Shown: positions 59,037 through 64,000 of the stretch, one piece after another
Numbering within the stretch: position 1 is the first letter of the stretch
How the letters are laid out: each line of letters begins with the position of its first letter
Assembly (NCBI RefSeq): GCF_037042905.1
Contig: NC_087254.1
Location: 22,692,001 to 22,756,000, forward strand
DNA: 64,000 nucleotides
Direction: 5' to 3'
From: Lytechinus pictus
Taxonomy: Eukaryota
The notes under the pieces: generated by a model
What the model saw: the letters and a program-made list of their open reading frames with translations, nothing else
Told to the model about the DNA's origin: nothing
The model's database searches: none
Translations under genes and position numbers: made by a program

Positions 59037-61194
59037 TATAGTCGTGTCATTTCCAAAATTGGAAGAATGTGTTGGAAGTCTACAAATTTGATACAAAGAA
59101 ATGCCAGGCCTATTTCAATAGGTCTTATGATTTATATTTGGCATTTGGTAACTGAAGAAGTTACCATTATCATAAGTACTCTATGAAACAGACCAAATAA
59201 ATACTATTCTTAATATAAGGTAAGTTTGAATATCAACAATGCTCTCATAGATTCAAATTTACATTTCAAATATATCTTTCTATTATGTAAATTCTAGGCA
59301 AAATTTCAATTGCTGGCAAACAAGAAAACTTGTGCAAATGCATGAAACTGCAGCTTCTTGAAAACTGGTTGGAAACATATGAACATGCTTGTTTAAAAAA
59401 AATAAAATGTATGGTGTGTATTATATCTTAATTAATAGATAGAACATTTTGTTGGCACATGAAAAAGTTTTGTTCCAAGCACATCAATGAAACATATCTT
59501 CAAAACATTATAACCAATAACTTAAATACAATGATTTGATGGGATATAATGGAATGACTTAACAATTACTTACTAATACAAATGCTATACACAATGATAA
59601 GCAACATAAATAAGACTCCTTCGTATAGAAAACTTACTAGAAAACAAATACCAAATATACATATCAAAAAGTTGTTAAACCTAAAGGCAATATCAATATT
59701 ATGACAATTTAAAATTATAAGTAAAAAAAAAATCATACTTAATAAAAACAAAATAAAATAGACTTGGACATGTTGATCAAAGACTGTAAATATAAATAAT
59801 AAATTCTTCTAACATTAAGTTCTGGTTACATATTCCATGGAATGGTATTTATATCATTTTAAATAGCTACATCAGCAAATATTATCAAATTTCTTAAAAG
59901 AAAATCCAACCTACATAGAAAATTGCTTTAAAGCAATGAGAAAACATCAGATAAGTACACAGGTGTAAGTTTGAATGAAATCAGAAGAAAAATAAAGTGT
60001 TTACTTTCTTAAAGTTAATAAAAAAACTGTAATCACTATAAAGTATACCTATGGAGATCTTAAATTGGCCACAAAGGTGATGCCATTGTGATGTAGGGTA
60101 AGGACTACTACTTTATTTAATCTAATACACAAAATGTCTAGAATGTCATCTTTTTAAAAACTTACTTGAAATTATATGTTCCTTTATTTTCATTATTTAC
60201 ATCAATACATTATGTAATCTATGCTACACTTCATTATCGCCGGGGGGGGGGGGGGGGGGGGAGTAATACTTCAAGGAAAATACTAGAATTTCCTTATACT
60301 TATAATAAAGTACATGACAAATAAGAAAGTAGGTCCTACCACTTGTCACAATCTAGTCACAAAGTTCAAATTGTTCTGTTAGTTTGTTAGCTGAATCTAG
60401 CACTTGTTCCCTTTTTTTATAACTCAGATGCCTATATCATTGCTTTACTTGTATGGGTGTTCCTTGGTCATTGTTCTATACCTTTAAGATTTGAAATTGA
60501 TTTATCATTTATTTATCTATTTATTCATATTCATAGGAACAAATGAAAATATGAACTCAACTGATACAAGTAATCTTATTTCTTAATGAATAGACTAATT
60601 CATTATGAAATTAATGTAGAGGTGCCCAAATAAAATGTGGCTAAATGTGACACTTTGAAATCAAATAACAGAGATACTAACAAATGGAATTCACTTTGCT
60701 GTCTTACAGCACTGAAGGCCAAGCCAGATAGGGGTAGGTGAAGGGAGGGGGGGGGGGGACATTGGTTCAACATTGCTCTCAGAATTAATGTCTCACAATT
60801 GATCTGCCACCAATTATTATACTACAAGTGACCTAATTTCAAAAACCTGCAAGTCAACAATTTCTTTTTTCTTTGAAGTATGAGAAAAATATTGTGCAAC
60901 TTCATGATAAAAGAGTACTTGGATGGGTACCATGTCACCAGATCCTCATAGAAAATCAAAATGATATACTAAAAGTCTATGAGCAGCGGATAGCAGGGTG
61001 ATAACTCACAAGACTTCACTTAAAGAAAAAAAAGTGTCAGAGAGAAAAGTTGCTGAAACATATTTAATAAATACAGTGCTAAGTGACTGTCAAAACTTAA
61101 CCGATAATGATGCAAGGACTGAGGAAGAAAAGATTTGGTCTGTATGAGACTGATGCACTTCCTTCTCTTGAGATTACCATGAGATACCTGCCCC

Positions 61195-61273
61195 TCATTT
61201 TATATCCTCCCCTTCACTCTCAGTGGTCAGTTCCTTCATGTCCACTGCACTAACTTCCTGGAAGCTGCTACCA
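61195..61273 (-). CDS. Probable terminal coding exon (..GSSFQEVSAVDMKELTTESEGEDIK*) of a gene whose upstream exons lie beyond the window
   Basis: Strong acceptor CCCCTTTTCTTTTAG, a GC-richer stretch with a coding-like acidic peptide, then about 4 kb of AT-rich sequence with AATAAA near 57000. Confidence 0.45.
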
Positions 61274-62103
61274 CTAAAAGAAAAGGGGTGTTAGAAAAAG
61301 AAGAAGAACAATCTTTTAGACAACAGTATAGACATATTACAATTTCATAATGCTTTGAGTTAAGAAGAAATAAATAAAGCACAATGAATTCCAGGCAAGT
61401 CTGCTTTAGTAAATGCTTTTGGGACCAAGTAAATCTGTTTAACTTAGCTTGAAATTCGACTTGGAAGACATAACTAATACATAATTTTCATTACCTGGTC
61501 TGAAAAACTACTTTTAATTGGGTGACTATTCAACTTTATGCAGACTTAACTACACTTTCTAAATAAAAGTCACTGCAAATTTTCCTGAATGTATTATCAA
61601 AGCGTGAAATGGGGATGTTCAATAACTAATGGATCTACTTAGGTCTGACTATTTAACAGATCATATAGCATGGCAGGGGGTACCTGTACATGTTGACTGA
61701 ACATCAGTTGCCAACCTTTACAAGTAAAAAGTAGTAATCCAGCAGCTCAAAAGTCACAATTTTAAGATAAAAAGTCATAATTTCATACGTGCCATGCAGT
61801 ACTATAAATTTCTTAGAAGAGGTAATATATATGTATATAGAACAGATGCACAATGTTCATAAATGCCAAGTTTGCCAACCTTACATGATGGGTTATCATG
61901 TATATTCATCCAGGGTGCTAGATGTACATTACTCATGTGATGCACTAGCTTGCCTAGTCGGGCGTGTAAATTTTACAACTGCGCAATGTATTACTAGGTG
62001 TATTTAATGTGTACATACCTATTCTACCTCAAAAGCATAATAATAATTCTGGTCAAAAGCATAATGGCATAATTTGGCATGAAAATCATAAAAAAATTAT
62101 GCT

Positions 62104-64000
62104 CTTCTACTAGGTGCTCTGTGACAAACTTGAGTAAACACAATGGCCTGTATTCTCAGAAGAGGTTTGAAGCGTACCCTGGTACAAAAACATGGACTGT
62201 GCAGATTTTCGTACATTATTACGCACATTCCATTGCGTACACAAGAGAAATCCAATGAAATGTGTGCTTTTGACAAGGGCTCTAAAAGGGAAGAGCGGTA
62301 ATACGTGAAATCTGCACAATCCATGATTTGGTACCATGATACAATTGAAACCCTTCTGATAATACAGGCCAAAGTGACTACAAACAAAGAGGAGTTCAAT
62401 TGCTAGAGCTGAGAAATCATAATTGATAAACAAAGACAGGGGTACAGAATGAACTGGCAGGAAAAAAACCCACAAGAATATATATTATTCTATAAGGTGC
62501 TCCAGTAAAAAGCTTGTGTACACATGAAGTGATGACAAGCAAACAAGTTCAATTGCTAGAGATATTGCTAAACTGAGTTTGGGATATGGAATGACCTGGC
62601 AGGGAAGAAACAATGTTATATTATTCTATAAGGTGCTCCAGTAAAAAGCTTGTGTACACATGAAGTGATGACAAGCAAACAAGTTCAATCGCTAGAGATA
62701 TTGCTAAACTGAGTTTGGGATATGGAATGACCTGGCAGGGAAGAAACAATGTTATATTGTTCTATAAGGTGCTCCAGTAAAAAGCTTGTGTACACATGAA
62801 GTGATGACAAGCAAACAAGTTCAATTGCTAGAGATATTGCTAAACTGAGTTTGGGATATGGAATGACCTGGCAGGGAAGAAACAATGTTATATTGTTCTA
62901 TAAGGTGCTACAGTAAAAAGCTTGTGTACACATGAAGTGATGACAAGCAAACAAGTTCAATTGCTAGAGATATTGCTAAACTGAGTTTGGGATATGGAAT
63001 GACCTGGCAGGGAAGAAACAATGTTATATTGTTCTATAAGGTGCTCCAGTAAAAAGCTTGTGTACACATGAAGTGATGACAAGCAAACAAGTTCAATTGC
63101 TAGAGATATTGCTAAACTGAGTTTGGGATATGGAATGATCTGGCAGGGAAGAAACAATGTTATATTATTCTATAAGGTGCCACAGTAAAAAGCTTGTGTA
63201 CACATAAGTGATGACAAGCAAACAAGTTCAATTGCTAGAGATATTGCTAAACTGAGTTTGGGATATGGAATGACCTGGCAGGGAAGAAACAATGTTATAT
63301 TGTTCTATAAGGTGCTCCAGTAAAATGCTTGTGTACACATAAAGTGATGACAACCAACAAGGAGTTCAAATGCTAGAGATCTTGCTAAACTGAGACATGG
63401 ATATAGAATGACCTGGCAAGGGGAAAAACAAATATCATATTGCTCTTTAAGGTGTTCCAGTAAAAAGCTTGAGTAAACATTAAGTGACGATAAGCAAAAG
63501 GAGTACAATTACTAGAGATCTACTAAGGTCTATTTAATATAGACTGATCTGGCAGGAGGACACCTCATATTATATTGTTCTATGAGGTGATCCAGCAAAA
63601 AGCTTGTGTAAACATAAAGTGACGATAAGCAAACAGATTTCAATTGCTAGAGATCTTGCTATTGAGTTAGGGATATAGAATGACCTGGCAACAGGGGGGG
63701 GGGGGCAATATCATATTGTTCTATGAGGTGCTCCAGTAAAAAGCTCGAGTAAACAAAAAGTGACACCAAGCAACAAGGAGTTCACTTGCTAGACATCTCG
63801 TTAAACTGAGACAGGGGCACAGAAAGACCAAACACAAGAAAAACAACATGACAATTGTTCAATTGCTAGAGATCTTGTTAAACTTAGACAGAGGCACAGA
63901 AAGACCAAACAAGAGAAAAACAACATCACAATGTTCTATAAGGTATTCCAGTAAAAATCTTCAGTGAACATAAAGTTACTACAGTAACAAATGGAGTTCA
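62104..64000. repeat. 136-bp tandem satellite (about 12 or more units, runs off the window)
   Basis: CTATAAGGTGC recurs at 62490, 62626, 62762, 62898, 63034 and 63170. The core is homogeneous and the flanks are diverged. Confidence 0.93.
62145..62370. mobile_element. MITE inserted in the first degenerate satellite unit
   Basis: TIR GGCCTGTATTCTCAGAAG / CTTCTGATAATACAGGCC. Confidence 0.65.

Noticed and set aside
62490-63500. CRISPR-like array (also considered for the 45-bp repeat)
   Set aside because: The units are contiguous tandem copies with no unique spacers, there are no cas genes, and the context is eukaryotic.

Overview
This is AT-rich, intron-containing animal DNA. An echinoderm (sea-urchin-like) source is inferred from the RPSA sequence and repeat types but is not proven. 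There are no prokaryotic features or CRISPR arrays. Main contents, in order: (1) a cluster of four paralogous spliced genes for TspO/TSPO-fold multi-pass membrane proteins (one on the minus strand running off the left edge, three complete on the plus strand); (2) a codon-phased 45-bp minisatellite (about 20.9-31.0 kb), split exactly and without target duplication by a 6,001-bp PAT-like (DIRS-order) tyrosine-recombinase retrotransposon with near-identical split direct repeats, decayed ORFs and an apparent sense-strand spliceosomal intron in gag; (3) an intronless two-TM protein gene with four PPxY motifs and a CLEAR/CRE promoter; (4) the complete RPSA/uS2 gene with a TCT/5'TOP start, a duplicated 'poison'-like acceptor and several structured intronic hairpins; (5) a probable terminal exon of another minus-strand gene; (6) many MITEs, SINEs, a foldback element and a 136-bp satellite. 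Exon boundaries were read by eye from GT/AG sites and frame continuity. No database searches were run.
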